A DNA stretch of 59,534 bases, the filler included, from Basidiobolus ranarum (lineage: Eukaryota), in assembly GCA_040143965.1 (NCBI GenBank). It is 5 parts of 5 records of this genome, joined end to end, with 100 filler letters (N's around TTAATTAATTAA, not from the genome) between each part and the next. Parts side by side here need not be neighbours in the genome. Positions count along the whole stretch, not along the records: positions 23,890 to 35,708 come from JASJQH010007460.1; positions 35,809 to 47,622 come from JASJQH010007461.1; 3 more parts are not named here. One strand, 5' to 3'. Each line of letters starts with the position of its first letter. Position 1 is the first letter of the stretch. Below are positions 26,169 through 40,058 of the stretch, one piece after another. The notes beneath the pieces are model-generated. The model saw only the letters and a program-made list of their open reading frames with translations, was not told the DNA's origin and searched no databases. The position numbers and the translations under genes are program-made.

Positions 26169-27540
26169 TTACAATACGGTATCATTCTTTAAGAATGATT
26201 GTAAACTTTGATCTAGTAAGAAGGCGATCTTAGCATACTCTAACTTCTCCTCTAAAGTGCATTTACTTAAACTGGTTGGATCCAAGAATGTTTCAAGTTC
26301 ATTGAAAGATCTTTGATATTTATCGGAATAAGGTATGGCGAAGGTGGTTCTTCGGAAATCACGAATCTCTTCGGTATCACTCTCCGTTGGACTACTTGGA
26401 GTTGGACTGGATGAATGGCGCTTCAACGATGGCTTTGAATTGAACAAGCGCATATTAGATACAACTCGACCGAAGGCTGGGTGATGGGATAGAGTATGAA
26501 CTCTGATGTATCAATGATGGGAATAGTAGAACTCGAGTTTGGGAGATTCCGATAAGAAGAATAGTGTCACTTTATACTTGTCTATCCCTTTGGAATCCAT
26601 TGAATCCATTGGTAATGCTGTGTATCCTCTATTTTTAGTCAATTTCCTAGAAAATAACACTGGTTCGGGCCTACCATATTGGGCTAGTTCAGCATAGTAA
26701 GGTTTAGATAGATCAGCAGAGAATATTCTTACTAATGTATGATAGGTTGGCTTTACTTGTATCCTTAGCTTTTGGTACAAAGTTGAGCCATCTAATTTTC
26801 ATGTGCAAGTGGTCCGTTATCAACATCGAAAAGCCCTCCTTGGTAACCAGTAACCATTGGAGACAATAGGACGGTAGCCAATCGCTATCCATCGTGTTGG
26901 GAGTATAATCGAACCAAATTTTGATTCTGCTGTTCTATCATAAGCCTCGATACATCCAGGAAAGCCTTTACCAAGGGTCGCCCATTCTCTATCAGCGATT
27001 GATAGTTTGGTTTCTAAGATCTTATGTGATGACTAGTTTCATTGAAAATCTACACGCCAGAGACTCACGAAGAGGTATTTTTCGATAGTACTTACCCATC
27101 AAATCATTACTGTGTTGTCTTTCAAATCATCGAAAAAGAAGTTATCTTGGAACTTTCTTTGTAAAAGAAAAAAAATCCCACCGAACCCTAACCCTAATCC
27201 TAATCTTAACCATCATCATTTCTTAAATCATTTGGAATAGTGCATTCTGGTGTACTTTGAGATCCTGCGGGTATATACGGGATGAACCCAATAATTGGTA
27301 GATACCAGCTTGTTACTCTGATTGGAAATGGATATGACAATTCGTATCATGACCCACACACTCATCCATCAGATTTGGTAATGCAAGGTGGGATCATGCA
27401 CACGTTGGATTTGTTTGTCTTCTATACTTGGTTGATCTTTCCATAATGAAATGAGCAATCTTTCGGGAAGGTACCGAGGAGAGATAGTGCCTTCTAGAAA
27501 AAGGCAAAGTACTTTCTTTGTATTGTGCATATCTATCCAT
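26169..27540 (-). pseudogene. Decayed gene of unknown function
   Basis: ORFs 26511-26780 and 26169-26453 share a frame and are separated by one TGA. Further protein-like frames with stops and frameshifts lie upstream, with a GTAAGT donor near 27095. The 5' boundary is uncertain. Confidence 0.5.
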
Positions 27541-29185
27541 GAAATAAACGATTCTTGGGGTTGTGGTTTGGAGGCATCATTTTATTTTACCCAGAAAAAT
27601 GGCTGACTTTATCGCGTAATGATGATGATGGTGCGATGCACTTCCAATCACCAGTTGTTTATATATCGTAATTGGTGGTTAGCATCTTGCTTAAATCCAG
27701 ATACTTGGAAAGCAATACCGATACCTTGACATTTTCAGTTAATTTGTTGAAGTTATTCATGGTTAATTATAACATCAATGTTACTTAATGTTGTGCTAAC
27801 CCTAAATAAGTAATAAAACCAAGTTCCGTGTTGTGTATTCGGAACTTAGAATCTGATATTCAATCAGAATCGAGGTTTACCTAGGCTTGGGGGCTTCTTC
27901 GTCTACAACAGGCTTATCAAAACATAACTTATTAAGTTATGTTAATGTCTCGCAGTTTACTTTAATTAGCCTTGACTATCCAATATGATTCAAACTATCT
28001 ATTATGTCCAACATGTGGCTTTGTGGTGGAGCTCGATAGTCTAGTAATCTGTTCTTTTGTTCGGCCCGCGGAGTTCTCGGATTTAAATATCAGTTAATTG
28101 ACAATCACCACTTTTGAATTTCTCCGTCAAAATTAGCGAATGATGACTTATATTACTAACAAGAATAACTTAACTATTGATTCACGATGAATCCTAAGCC
28201 CACATTCTCTTTTCGCAGCTTTATATCCACTAATTTATCTCACTTCTATTCAGATACGGAAAGTTTAAACTTAAACTAAATATCATACTTTATCTAATGT
28301 GAGGGGTTTCATCGCCATTTATTCGGTGAATTTGCTCCAATAGTAAACTATTTAATCAACATAGTCATTATTTATTCAAGTTCCATCATAGAGGTACATA
28401 CCGTGTAGTAAGAAATTAACCAAGATTCTCTATGGCTCATCGAATTCTAATTTGATTTCTATACAAAATGTCAAGTATGATGCCAATTTCTCACACGCAT
28501 GGAATCAACTTGACCTCATTCCACCGTATATAATCAAATAGTTAATCAATGTGCAGTAACGTAACCCTAAGTATCGTAATCTACATACGCAGGCTAGTTC
28601 CAGATAGCTCCTAAACTCTCCTTGTCTCAAGACTTGCAAAATCTCGATGTCTCCAGTTCAATACCTATCAAATTTTTTCTACTGCCAATGGATAGGATAA
28701 ATCTGATAAGTTTGTGGCTTTATTTGGACGTAAATATGATGGTGTACATAGACCTGAATGTAGTATATATCTTGATTACCTATACTCTAGGTTTATGTAT
28801 TATCTTGGCAGGTTCATCATGTTTATTATCTGTATATTTGGTACGATAGTTACGTTCCTAATTACCTGATAGCCTCAATTCAAATTATCCGAATAAAGAT
28901 AATCAATTTACATTTCTACTTACCTCACTACATTTATTAATGAGTTTATATTTCTAGGAGTACTGATCTATCATCAACGATACTTTTCCAAGCCGGAAGG
29001 CAAAGTATTAGGGGGAGGTCTTGAGCTTGCCCAATTGTGTTATTTCACCAAAGGATTGAATTTTTAGTGGATTTAACTCAGCAAAACAATTTTACTTTCA
29101 TTGAGGATACTTCTACCAAATGTTATCCTTATGGCACTCTTCCCTCACCTTATCTACTGTTTCTAATACTTCAATATCCACACGA

Positions 29186-29498
29186 CGTTGAAATTAGCAT
29201 TGTCTAAACACCTATATAGTCATACATAGCTTAGTATTTAGTTATCCTATATTCCACTAAGATATCACCCATTATTCTCAAGAGGAATTTACTTCGAAGT
29301 TTGAAGATATATAGATTTTTCAAAGAAGTCCCAAACTTTGCACACATGTTCCTGGGACCTTCCTTAACACATTCTACACGTTAGTTTGTTTACATCTTGA
29401 CAAAACTATAAACGTCAACTTCCCACTTAATCAATCAGTTAGCACCAATTTCACTATTTCTCCAAACCACTTCCAACAGGCTCCCAAATACTTTAACA
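29186..29498 (+). mobile_element. Solo LTR (family B)
   Basis: Clear similarity to 24081-24425 and to the reverse complement of 56652-56999; no internal sequence on either side. Confidence 0.9.
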
Positions 29499-32400
29499 GT
29501 AAGATAAGTTGCCACATTCCACAAGTTTTTGTATATACGATTCCTCTTGATAAATCATTAATGCCTCTCAACTTCATGATTACTAAAGTTCTTTACATAA
29601 ATACCAGATTAGTTAGACTTAGTCAAGATTCATTAGTTGTTCTTTGTGATATGCATGTTCTGGCAACAACTTTTCAGCAGTTAGCTGCAGGAGGGGTACG
29701 CATGTAAAGCATAGTTGAAGTTGAGTAACTCCAATTCACCCACTCATTTACTCCTGAAAATGCCATCATCTCTTGGATAATAATATATATGCTGCAAAAG
29801 GTAAGCTGGGACAGAACACTATTCCCAATTAACAAATCTTTCCACATAGAAGACACAGTTATACAATGTTAAAATATATCTGTATAAACTAGAATGAAGC
29901 TTGAAATAATGAGCCTGTATCATATATCTTGAAAATATACATAAACAAATCCTTTAACACAGAGTGATTCTTAAAGAAGCATTGGGAAATCATACTTATA
30001 AAGGTGGAATATATCAAGCTTAGGTTGTAAGTCACAGAGTCCTTCTTTGGGTAAGCCAGTGAATATAAGTCTGGTTGATCTAACCAGGCTTTCCACTATT
30101 TTAACCACATGAAGCCAGTATTCTCATACTTTACTATGATTAAGGCAGCTGATGCAAGAATTAGACCCATGATAGGATACAAGTATTTCGTTCCTGCTGT
30201 TTAATCGCTCGATTTCTAGATCTTGGTAAATGTTGCGCCCTTGGTCCATAAAACTATTACATTATGCTGTCCTTGATTGGACTTGTTCCATTGTGCCAGG
30301 ATTTATCGGACCTTGGATCAATATATTAGAGTAAATGTGATTGAAATTGATCATGCCAGAGGGTGATGGATAGTGCCAAATTGTGCCGCATAAATTTTAG
30401 AATACTTTATGCTATATGATATATACAGCACAATCTGGCACTATCACAGAGAACAAGTCCATTGTCGATAGCAGTGCAAAAAGAGTCATGTGAGTATAAG
30501 AAATGATTAAGTTATGTGGCTATCAGTAGCAGCCAAATCGCCAGATGAGCTAAGAGATATGCATCCCTGGTTATCTGTATTATACAATCATATGGGTTAT
30601 GCTTGTCAATATTGCTACTGTGCATATATGTGAGCGGCATCAGCATTATTGCAGCTTCGCCTTTAATTTTAGCTTTCAGAATACATAATCCGCTAACTAT
30701 ATCAGCATTTTAGATTATATATATGCTGTGTAGGAATTAATCAAATCTGAAAGTAGATCGATCGACGTCTGCAAGTAGCTGTAGTACACATATCACCTAT
30801 ATTCTTCCCGCATGTATGTGTTGAATACCTCCACGAAATTATTCTCAGATACATTAAAGATATTACTAGCTATGTTAACTTTATCATTATTAGATAAGCC
30901 TATATTGGTTACCAGACTACAATACATGCGGTAGTGTACCCATTGTGAGGATAGATCAGTTAGCTATTAACTCTATTGGTAAGTATGGAAAAACGTTGAA
31001 TGAAGACCAGAACAAACAGCACTAGTGAAGTCATACACCATCGTTTTACATCTACTTTTCTCCATTCTTCTAGGTATATTTACCATGAAAATTCGAATGT
31101 AGATTCCACTCATTGAATAATAAGTGAATAGGATTTCCTCGATCTAATAACTTTATGGAATTCTCTTAGTGGAGGTGAAAGGTTTGTTCGAAGACTTGGT
31201 AGATGCTGAAGATTATCCACTTAATCTTTATTGCCAATGTACTCAGTCACTAATGCAACAATGAATTCGACAATCTTCTAGATTTATTGATTTACATGAG
31301 AAACAATCTTCATCTGCATTGGTTCTGTAAATGAGGATGCACATTATCGCACAGAGTTAGTAGCCAAATAAAAGAGTTCGAAATAACACTTTAAGCAAAT
31401 TCAAAAAGGGTCATTTTCATTCTCCACTTGCTGGTTTACTCCCCCCATATAGTCTATTGAGAAATTACAATCACACCTGACCCTAATGCGCTGTCGAAGA
31501 GCCGTAATCCAACTAGCTCAATAAAGAACAAGTCTGCCCTGTAGCTGCGAGTGAGTGCACTAGGCAAAAATTACTAGCAAATATCTGAATGATTATTTGT
31601 CTGCCAATTATTCATGTAGAGAAGAAAACTTCTTTGAAGACAATACTCTAGGATATACACTGGTGCTTGTAATTGATTCATTTTTTGCATACATTTTTTC
31701 AAATCAAGATATCTCATCATTTACTTCATCGTTTACATGCTATTTGTTACACTGCTCAAGTAGAGCCCAAATGACAGTCCTTCTTGTTATGAAGCTGATT
31801 CCACCAATCTCAGCAATACTATACATACATGTTAAATCCCCAATACTACATTGTTCATTATGTAGCCATTGGACCAAGCATAGAATTTAGTATTGCTGTA
31901 CATGGCAGACCTTTATTTTTACATTTCAATAACCACTTGATCATTTAATCAACCAATATGCCATCAGTCATGCTGTTGGAGATATTCCATGGAATGAAGG
32001 TTATTTTGCTGTATATATTTGCAGCTATAAGGGAAACACATCATTACCCCATCAAATTTTATCTCTGACCCATTCATTTTTTTAATCATACAACAAACAA
32101 TGAAGATGATTGGGAAGAATATTGTTTCAAAAGGCACATTTATAGCATCGATGGCTGAAAAATAGTGCTTTATTTGTATGTATGAGGTTATTCTAGCTGT
32201 TAATAAGTAAAATATTCACATATCCAACTTTTGCTATTTTAGTAGACTGCTATTCAACATTTATCGATTACGGGATCTTGTTGGATCTAGCTGGTAAGTT
32301 TTATATCAGACATGTAGTGGTTATGGTCAGAGTCGTAATGTTAAAGTTTTGACTGAAGATATAGCTGATACTACATAACTTTCATGTAAAAAGTATGTTG

Positions 32401-35400
32401 AACTAGAGATCCTATCTTGTCATTCTTCAAAGGATTTTTAGCCATAATCAAGGTATCATCGATGAGAACTCGTATGGCAAATCAGGAATAGTTGCTATGA
32501 CACATTTCGAAATCTGGATGTCTACTCTATATACTTGCTATGCCATAAAGTCGCAGCGAGAGCCTGCCTGGCTTATTGGTAATATCCGTACCGGATGGAA
32601 TCCAGAATTGTGCCTTCCTAATCTATTCAGCGTGAATCTCAGTAGGCCCATTAATTCCTACACTGGTGACACAGTTATTGAGAAGCAAAAATCCATCTTG
32701 AGATGCTTTATAATATGTGCTTTGTTCGTATAAACTGGGTAAGTCAAATGGGTAGAACCAAGTGCTGATACACATAAAACCATAACTTAAAGATAATTAA
32801 CACTTCACGTACAAGGATTATATCTTGTAGATTTCTCAGAAGTTAGCAGCTCATTATTAACTAGCTTAAGAATTTCCTTCAAGGCACATGGATGTCAATT
32901 CCAGCAATTACACACAGGGGTGACTTTTTCAGGTGGTGTTAGCTGCCCAATATTAGACATATTTTCTATCGCGCCAAAATCTCAAAATCTCTTAATAAAC
33001 ATAATTGAACTTGTTTGCCCGCTCTTACGAGAAGCAACTAGCACCATTTATAAACAATGTTCCCGAGCTGGATGTCTAAGCAGATTATTATTTGTCTTTC
33101 ATCTTACTATAGTAAACAAAAGCCGATGATTCAATACCTTTATACTCAAGTTTTATATTATGAACTAAATATATCCTATAAACAATGTAATAATTAGCTG
33201 CTAACGAAGTGATTTGGATCCAGGGCAAAAGTCGTTTTTTCAAATTATATGGTAACATTATTACGGTGGCTTGGTTCACATTCATACAAAATTCCCCCTT
33301 GATAGGCCACATTTCTTATATCAAAATCTGGCAAAATCACTTCAGATTCTTGCTTCTGATCACTACCTTGACTAAATAATAACCTGGTGAGAATCACTAA
33401 ATGTTCTTGGCCTAAATTCCTACCTCGTATATAAGGGCGTACATACCTATATTCTGCCTCTCAAACCATACTCTTCACATACTACCAGCTAGTCAAGCGT
33501 TGCTTGTTCATCCCACCCAAGACCGTGATCTAGTAAGACAGCTTTTTACAACTTCAGATGTATCAAGTGCAAATCGAACTCGTCTTTCACCAAGCCCTAA
33601 GCATGTCCTTATCTAAGTCATTGTAAATGACAGCAATTGTGAAAATGAATGCCCTAATATTAGTGAAATCAATGAATCTTTTGGATAAGGCTTCCATTGG
33701 TACTGATATATTTCTAACCTAAATACCGACCCGAATACTCCGTTGATTATCATTAAAGATATCTCTAAGTTAATGAAATAGTTGATCACGAACTCAGTGT
33801 TCTAAGATCGATATAACTATCTATACATATATATGTACTCATAAACATACATATGTAAGTGCCAAACGACTATGCTAAGAACACTTTACTTACTCGAACC
33901 TCGTTTTTGTTCGTTAAAATATTAGTTGCAGCTCCTTGTGGCAGATACTTTAATCGCCAAAGAGGTGAAATGCAACCAGAACAATCCACAGGCAACAATC
34001 GAAATCAGACCTCTTCTGGCAAGTAGCCAACAAGCGTCGAGGCTCAACCCGAGTAAATTCCGTTGCTCAAACAAGTGTTTACTACTGTTACTGGAAACCC
34101 TTATAACTTGAGTAATGTGAATATAAATGGACAAAACAATCACAGCCTACTGAAGCAGAACATCCTCCTTCACCAGAAGAACCCGAATCCTCAGGCTCAA
34201 TGTGTCTTTGATGTAATTAATCATATGATCTGTGACCTATTTACATATTATGTAATTAGCATATAGTCATTAACATCACGTATTAAGCAATAAATCATCT
34301 AAAGGTTAAAAGTATTAGCAATTCATTTGACGTCTTCTAAGTAATGATTAGACTGCGAAGGCCATAGTAAATTTCGAGGTAATGGTCTCATCTTGTATTC
34401 ATATTTAAATGACACTCATCTACTCCAAATCCCATAATTTTGAACAGCGAGAAAATTCCTCACTCATATATATTTAGATACAATATCTAGATAAGAGGTT
34501 AGATTTTACAATGAAGATAGTCCTACGTGAACTTGTGCCATTCTTGTGTGAAAATTTCGAGTAATATAATTGTATAAACGTAGTACAAGTCATTTTGATC
34601 TGATATTTTTATCCGTAGCATTAAACCAGGCCTAAACAATGCTAAAATATTATTATATATATCTCTAGTGATATGGAATATTTCATGTCATTGTCTCCTT
34701 GTATAGTACCCATTTCGGACAAAAATGGTGAAAAAATAATTATTTTGAGCTCGTTAATATCCTACATTCCCACAATAGTAAAAGCAAGAGAATTATTATT
34801 TATATATAGGGTTATTGTCCATCGTAGTATTGACTATGAAATAAATATCTACGTTACAAAATGCCATTCCTGTGCGCATATGTCAAGCCACTACTTGAAA
34901 ATACGTTGGATGAGTCTTTTGAATAAATCATGAAATAACCCTCAGGGTAACTCTAACCTAGTCTTTTACATAAATATATGAAGTATTGAAGGTATAAGCA
35001 GTTTGTTGATTTTGATTACCCGAGGTATTATTTGTATTGTCCAAGGTGGGTTTGGTTTATATCGCTAGTGGTACAGGTTCTAAATTAAAACTTAAATTAC
35101 TATAAATCCTACTGAACACCACATATTTGTCATATCTGCAAATTGGTACCTTTATATAGCGCTTATGAAGAATTTTATCATTCGGGTAGAATGGCATCTA
35201 CCCGTAACCTAAGCTTCTGAGCGGGTGGTTGGGTAGAGGCTTGAGTAGCAGTTCTCCACTGATGGTTGTTATCCATGTCGAGGATGTTGTCCCCTGGAGC
35301 TTAGTGTTGACATTGATAAAGCCGAGTAATCGGGAGGTGTCAAGGCTATTGAAGACTTAGGAACGCGTGAGACTAACAACATGGCAACGAAAACCAAGCG

Positions 35401-35708
35401 CACTGGAGCAGTCAGAAGTTTACAAATCTGAGTGGATGGTCATCAGTAGCTGCTATAATAAAGTTTGGTACCAACTATTTTCATACTTTCAATATTTTGG
35501 AATAATTAGCGCTAAACATAGGAGATTGATGGGTGTGATAGGTGACAATGTAAAATCTCAAAAGCTTTTAATGCTGCAAAATGCTATATTTAGCTTCTAT
35601 CTTATAGTTTATCATTGCACTTATAGATCAATAATACTTCGCTAACATTTTGTTTATAATCTATGATGCAAATGTACTAATTTCACAACCGTTGTCTTTC
35701 TGAACATT

Positions 35709-35808
35709 NNNNNNNNNNNNNNNNNNNNNNNNNNNNNNNNNNNNNNNNNNNNTTAATTAATTAANNNNNNNNNNNNNNNNNNNNNNNNNNNNNNNNNNNN
35801 NNNNNNNN
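35709..35808. other. Artificial contig spacer 3
   Basis: N44-TTAATTAATTAA-N44. Confidence 0.97.
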
Positions 35809-37016
35809 CCCACATGTTCATTGATCTGCCCAAACTTCAACCTTTGTGTGAAGAGTTTGTCAGAGAATCTAGTACCATTGGCAACTGGTCTAACAACGGC
35901 AAAGTGATTACCCAATCATGGCTCAAGGAGGGGTTGAAATATCGTTGTATTACTCGTGATCTAAACTGGGGAACACCTGTACCTTTAGAGCACATGAAAG
36001 AGAAGGTCTTCTATGTTTGGTTTGACGCTCCTATTGGCTACCCCTCCATAACTGCTAATTACACCTCTGAATGGGAAAAATGGTGGAAAAACCCTGAAGA
36101 TGTCAAACTTTACCAATTCATGGGTAAAGACAATATCCCTTTCCACACTGTAATCTTTCCTTGCTCGCTGATTGGTACCAATGAACCGTGGACTATGTTG
36201 CACCATGTCAGTACTACTGAGTACCTTAACTATGAGAATGGTAAATTTTCGAAGAGCAGAAATGCCGGTGTTTTTGGCAACAATGTTATGGATACTGACA
36301 TTCCTGTTTCGATTTGGCGATATTACCTCCTATCCAATCGACCAGAGAACAACGACAGTGTTTTCACTTGGAAAGATTTTATCACCAAGAACAATAGTGA
36401 ACTGCTAGCCAATGTTGGTAATTTCTGTAATCGAGTTATCAAGTTTATTGACTCGGACAAATACAATGGAATCATCCCTCCTTTCTCACTGGAGGGAGAG
36501 AGCGAGAAACAGCTTATTGAAGATATTAACAAATTGATTGATGCATACATCGACGCACTCGAAAGCGTTAAATTGCGTAACGGCCTTGAAATTGCAATGA
36601 AAATTTCTCAACGTGGTAACCTGTACCTTCAGGAATCTAAACTCGATAATTCTCTTTACCATAACGAACGCGCCCAATCTGATACCCTTGTCACAGTTGC
36701 TGTCAATTTAATTTATTTACTTTCCGCAGTGTTCTACCCCTATATACCAACTACATCAGAATCCATCTGTCAACAACTCAATGCCCCACTCCCTCGTATT
36801 CCCGAAACTTTCCAAATCAACATTCTCGAAGGACATGTTATCAGTAAGCCAGAGTATCTTTTCAAGAAAATAGATCCAAAGATGGAGGAGATATATCGGC
36901 AAAAATATGGAGGTGGCTCTAAAGAGGAACCCCCAAAGAGGCGGAGGAGCAAAAAAGAAAAGAAAGCTGAAACTAAGCCCCAACAGGAGAGTGATCTAAG
37001 AGACTGCTTAGAGTAA
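35809..37016 (+). CDS. MES1: Cytosolic methionyl-tRNA synthetase, 3' part (5' end lost at the contig edge)
   Basis: RCITRDLNWGTPVP, KVFYVWFDAPIGY, QFMGKDNIPFH, the KMSKS-like KFSKS and NNSELLANVGNF. Confidence 0.96.
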
Positions 37017-37636
37017 ATCCACACACACAGAGTTATATTCTGACGAGTTTTCAATGTCTTCTATCACATTCTCTGTAAATCTTATAATCAATTGATCCGA
37101 CATTTATAAATAAATATGCTTAATCGTTTTGTGTAATAATGACTTTGTTTAGTTGGTGGATACCCAGCTAATTGGAATCCTCGAAGAACCCTACACATAT
37201 GTAAATGTTCTTGGATACTGTTTGCTGATTCTGTGTACAAGCACAACCATAATGAATACAGTTGGTAAACAACAAAGTTTAATGTAGAATTGATGCGGCC
37301 AGAGACTACAGTAATAATATTACCGCATGGATTTTCTACAATATTACTTCAAAATAAGGTGTAAGGCTTATTTCTCTATAAATGGAAAACTTAAATGTGA
37401 CCCTGGACAAGTTACGAGGTGGGACGAAATTGTAAGATGTACTACATAAATGAATTAGTACTTGACTTGCTATAATTGAGCTCTATAACCCTTAACATGT
37501 TTATTATACTGTCCACTTTTGTTGACTCTGTACACATTTGGTCTTGCATTTAAAGTATTTATTTCTGTCTTTCGTCAAGTAGGTGGACGATAAACACTCG
37601 TTCTCATTCCCTTTCAGTCGACAATTTCTAGAGTCA

Positions 37637-38708
37637 ATGAGACTTTTCTTTTATTCAAAGAAGCGATCATTATTGCAACTGCCGTACCTTTTTCTGGCTT
37701 GTATATCACTTGTTACCGCATTGAAAAAACCACCGACATACCACATAGTTGGAGGAGACCCAGCTGCTCAAGACGAATTGCCTTTCGCGGCCAACATATA
37801 TATAGATAATTGGTCTTCTTGTGGTGGAGCAATACTGACGGAAGACTGGATTGTAACTGCTGCTCACTGTGTAAACGCTGCATACCTTGGCATCAGTGGG
37901 ATAGTATCCAGGGTTTACGAACCAATAAATGTCACGCGAGTAAGCATTTCGGTTGGTTATCTCGCCAAAAATGCTCCAATAACCCTCCCTATCAAAACGG
38001 TTGTTGTTCATCCTAACTATACACCTGGTCCAGAAATGGTAAGTGGTATATAGAGCACCCTTTTCCTAGTCACGAGCCGGATTCTAAAGGAAAAATGATT
38101 TTATTTTGTAACAGCACGACTTAGCCCTTCTTCAGCTTCATCAACCACTTATATTCAACCAAAGTGTACAAAGGATACCTATTAGTAATGCTGATGTTTA
38201 TCCCGGGTTAAATGTAACCGCTTTAGGCTGGGGAAATTATGATGAAAAAACTCTTGCAGTATCTTTGCATAAAGTGGGATTAAACATCGCCCCTCCGCAA
38301 GTATGTCGCTCCATAAATCCAGGATTTACTGATAATCAAGGTTTTCAAATCTGCACAGGATTGACACCAGGTCGAGATACATGTTATGGAGACTCGGGTG
38401 GCCCTTTAATTCACCAAGTAAATGGAACAGCCCGTTTGTTGGGAGTCACGAGTTACGGTGGCTCGATCATTCGAGGAGAGCCAGCATGTGGTGGGGATAA
38501 TAGTGTGGGCTTTTACACACGTGTCAGCAAACACATGAGCTTCTTGATGAATGTTACAGGCTTGGTGGATGACCAATTTGAACCAAAGCAAGCAAAGAAT
38601 ACCACTGAAGATAGTAAACAAATATGGACCAACAGTGGAATCCCATCTCAATACTTGAGTATCGTGAGTTACTTGATAATCTTTCTATGTAGTTTAAGTG
38701 CCTGGTAG
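37637..38708 (+). CDS. Secreted trypsin-like serine protease (S1) with a hydrophobic C-terminal tail
   Basis: Exons 37637-38038 and 38115-38708. Signal peptide, IVGG, CGGAIL, TAAHC, HDLAL and [10 protein letters not shown] (intact triad). Confidence 0.93.
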
Positions 38709-40058
38709 AGAGCATTTGACTATATATATAACTAGCGCTTAATATCTAATATTTTGATATATCCAACATACCTTTTAATACTTCACGGAGATAGATGTTT
38801 GCTTATAATTCTGACGTAATTAAATCATGGATTGGGCATATTTGCTTTCTCACCATTGCACTCGGTCAAGAGTTTTAAAAATTAATATAGAATTGGGCCT
38901 TCCAAGCATGCACAAACAGAGATGGTACGAACCAACGGTCCAGTTGAATCGTGATTTTACAGCAAAATAACAATTACACATGCACGTCTCGATTTAAGTT
39001 GTGAGTAACATGCATCCGATGTCTTACCAATGTAAATAAAGTAGTCGCCACATTTTGAGAAAACCAAAACTGAATTGAGTACATAAAAATGCCCACCTTT
39101 TGTTGCTCTTCTCCCAATTCAGACACTCATCCTCAGACACGAGAAACAAATGTAGAAGAGCGAGAATTCACAACAATAAAAGGCTACACAGAAAACAATG
39201 AAGGACTTCGATTTAAGTCAAAGCTACACCATGATATGTATTACACAAGCTAATTTGGATTCCTAAAAAGAAATACCATCAATTCAAAAGGAAACCTAAT
39301 ATTTTCGAGGTGTCACTAGGATAAAGCATAATAAAATCCCTTGATACGGTACAACCTATCACTGGCACCATCGATAATTAACCATGGTTGAAGGTAATCC
39401 TCAGGATGTTTAGGCAGCATGAAGAAGAGCATACCTGGAAGGGTGTTCAAAACAATCGTCTGGGATCGCGGAATCATCCATATGTATAACAACGTAATGA
39501 GTTGAAAACTTTCTCAATCGATTTAGCTCTTCACATACAGGAGATTTTTGCATTGGTTCCTTAGCATTAGTAACATAATCAAATCATAAGAAACGTAATC
39601 AGAATCAAGCTTTTCAGCCAATAGAAGCAAGCGCTAGTATCCCTAGTCGATACTCCCAATACCTGCAGAATTAAACTTTATCGATGTGGATCCAAACCTT
39701 AAAAAGTTACGCATTAAATATCATTACTTACGTCGGAGGCTTAGCTCACGTTACTCAATACGATTAATCCATCAGTAATGTTCATTATTTTATACATCAG
39801 AATAGGTATATTTTGCTCTTTTCCCATGATAGTAAGAAACCAAAGAATATGCGGATGTTAATGGAATTCAAACTGCTATGGCGATTGAATATTGTAATTT
39901 TTAATATCGCATTACCGAAAATTGGATTTCTTAGATTTACCCGGTCCCTCTGGTTACCTCAAACTAAGTTGGTTATCTTTATCTTTCCTGGACTACTCAG
40001 ATTTCCCTAGAGCACTTTCTTTTACACCGCCTTGTTCTAGTTCTTTTGTCTGTTAAAA

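Noticed and set aside
27184-27211. CCCTAA-like repeats as interstitial telomere (also 52921-52942)
   Set aside because: At most two perfect units; too short to support.
35985-37054. Antisense and alternate-frame ORFs over MetRS (likewise over the RGS, MFS, trypsin, VMA2, WC-2, BTB and phosphorylase genes)
   Set aside because: Shadow ORFs of well-supported genes.
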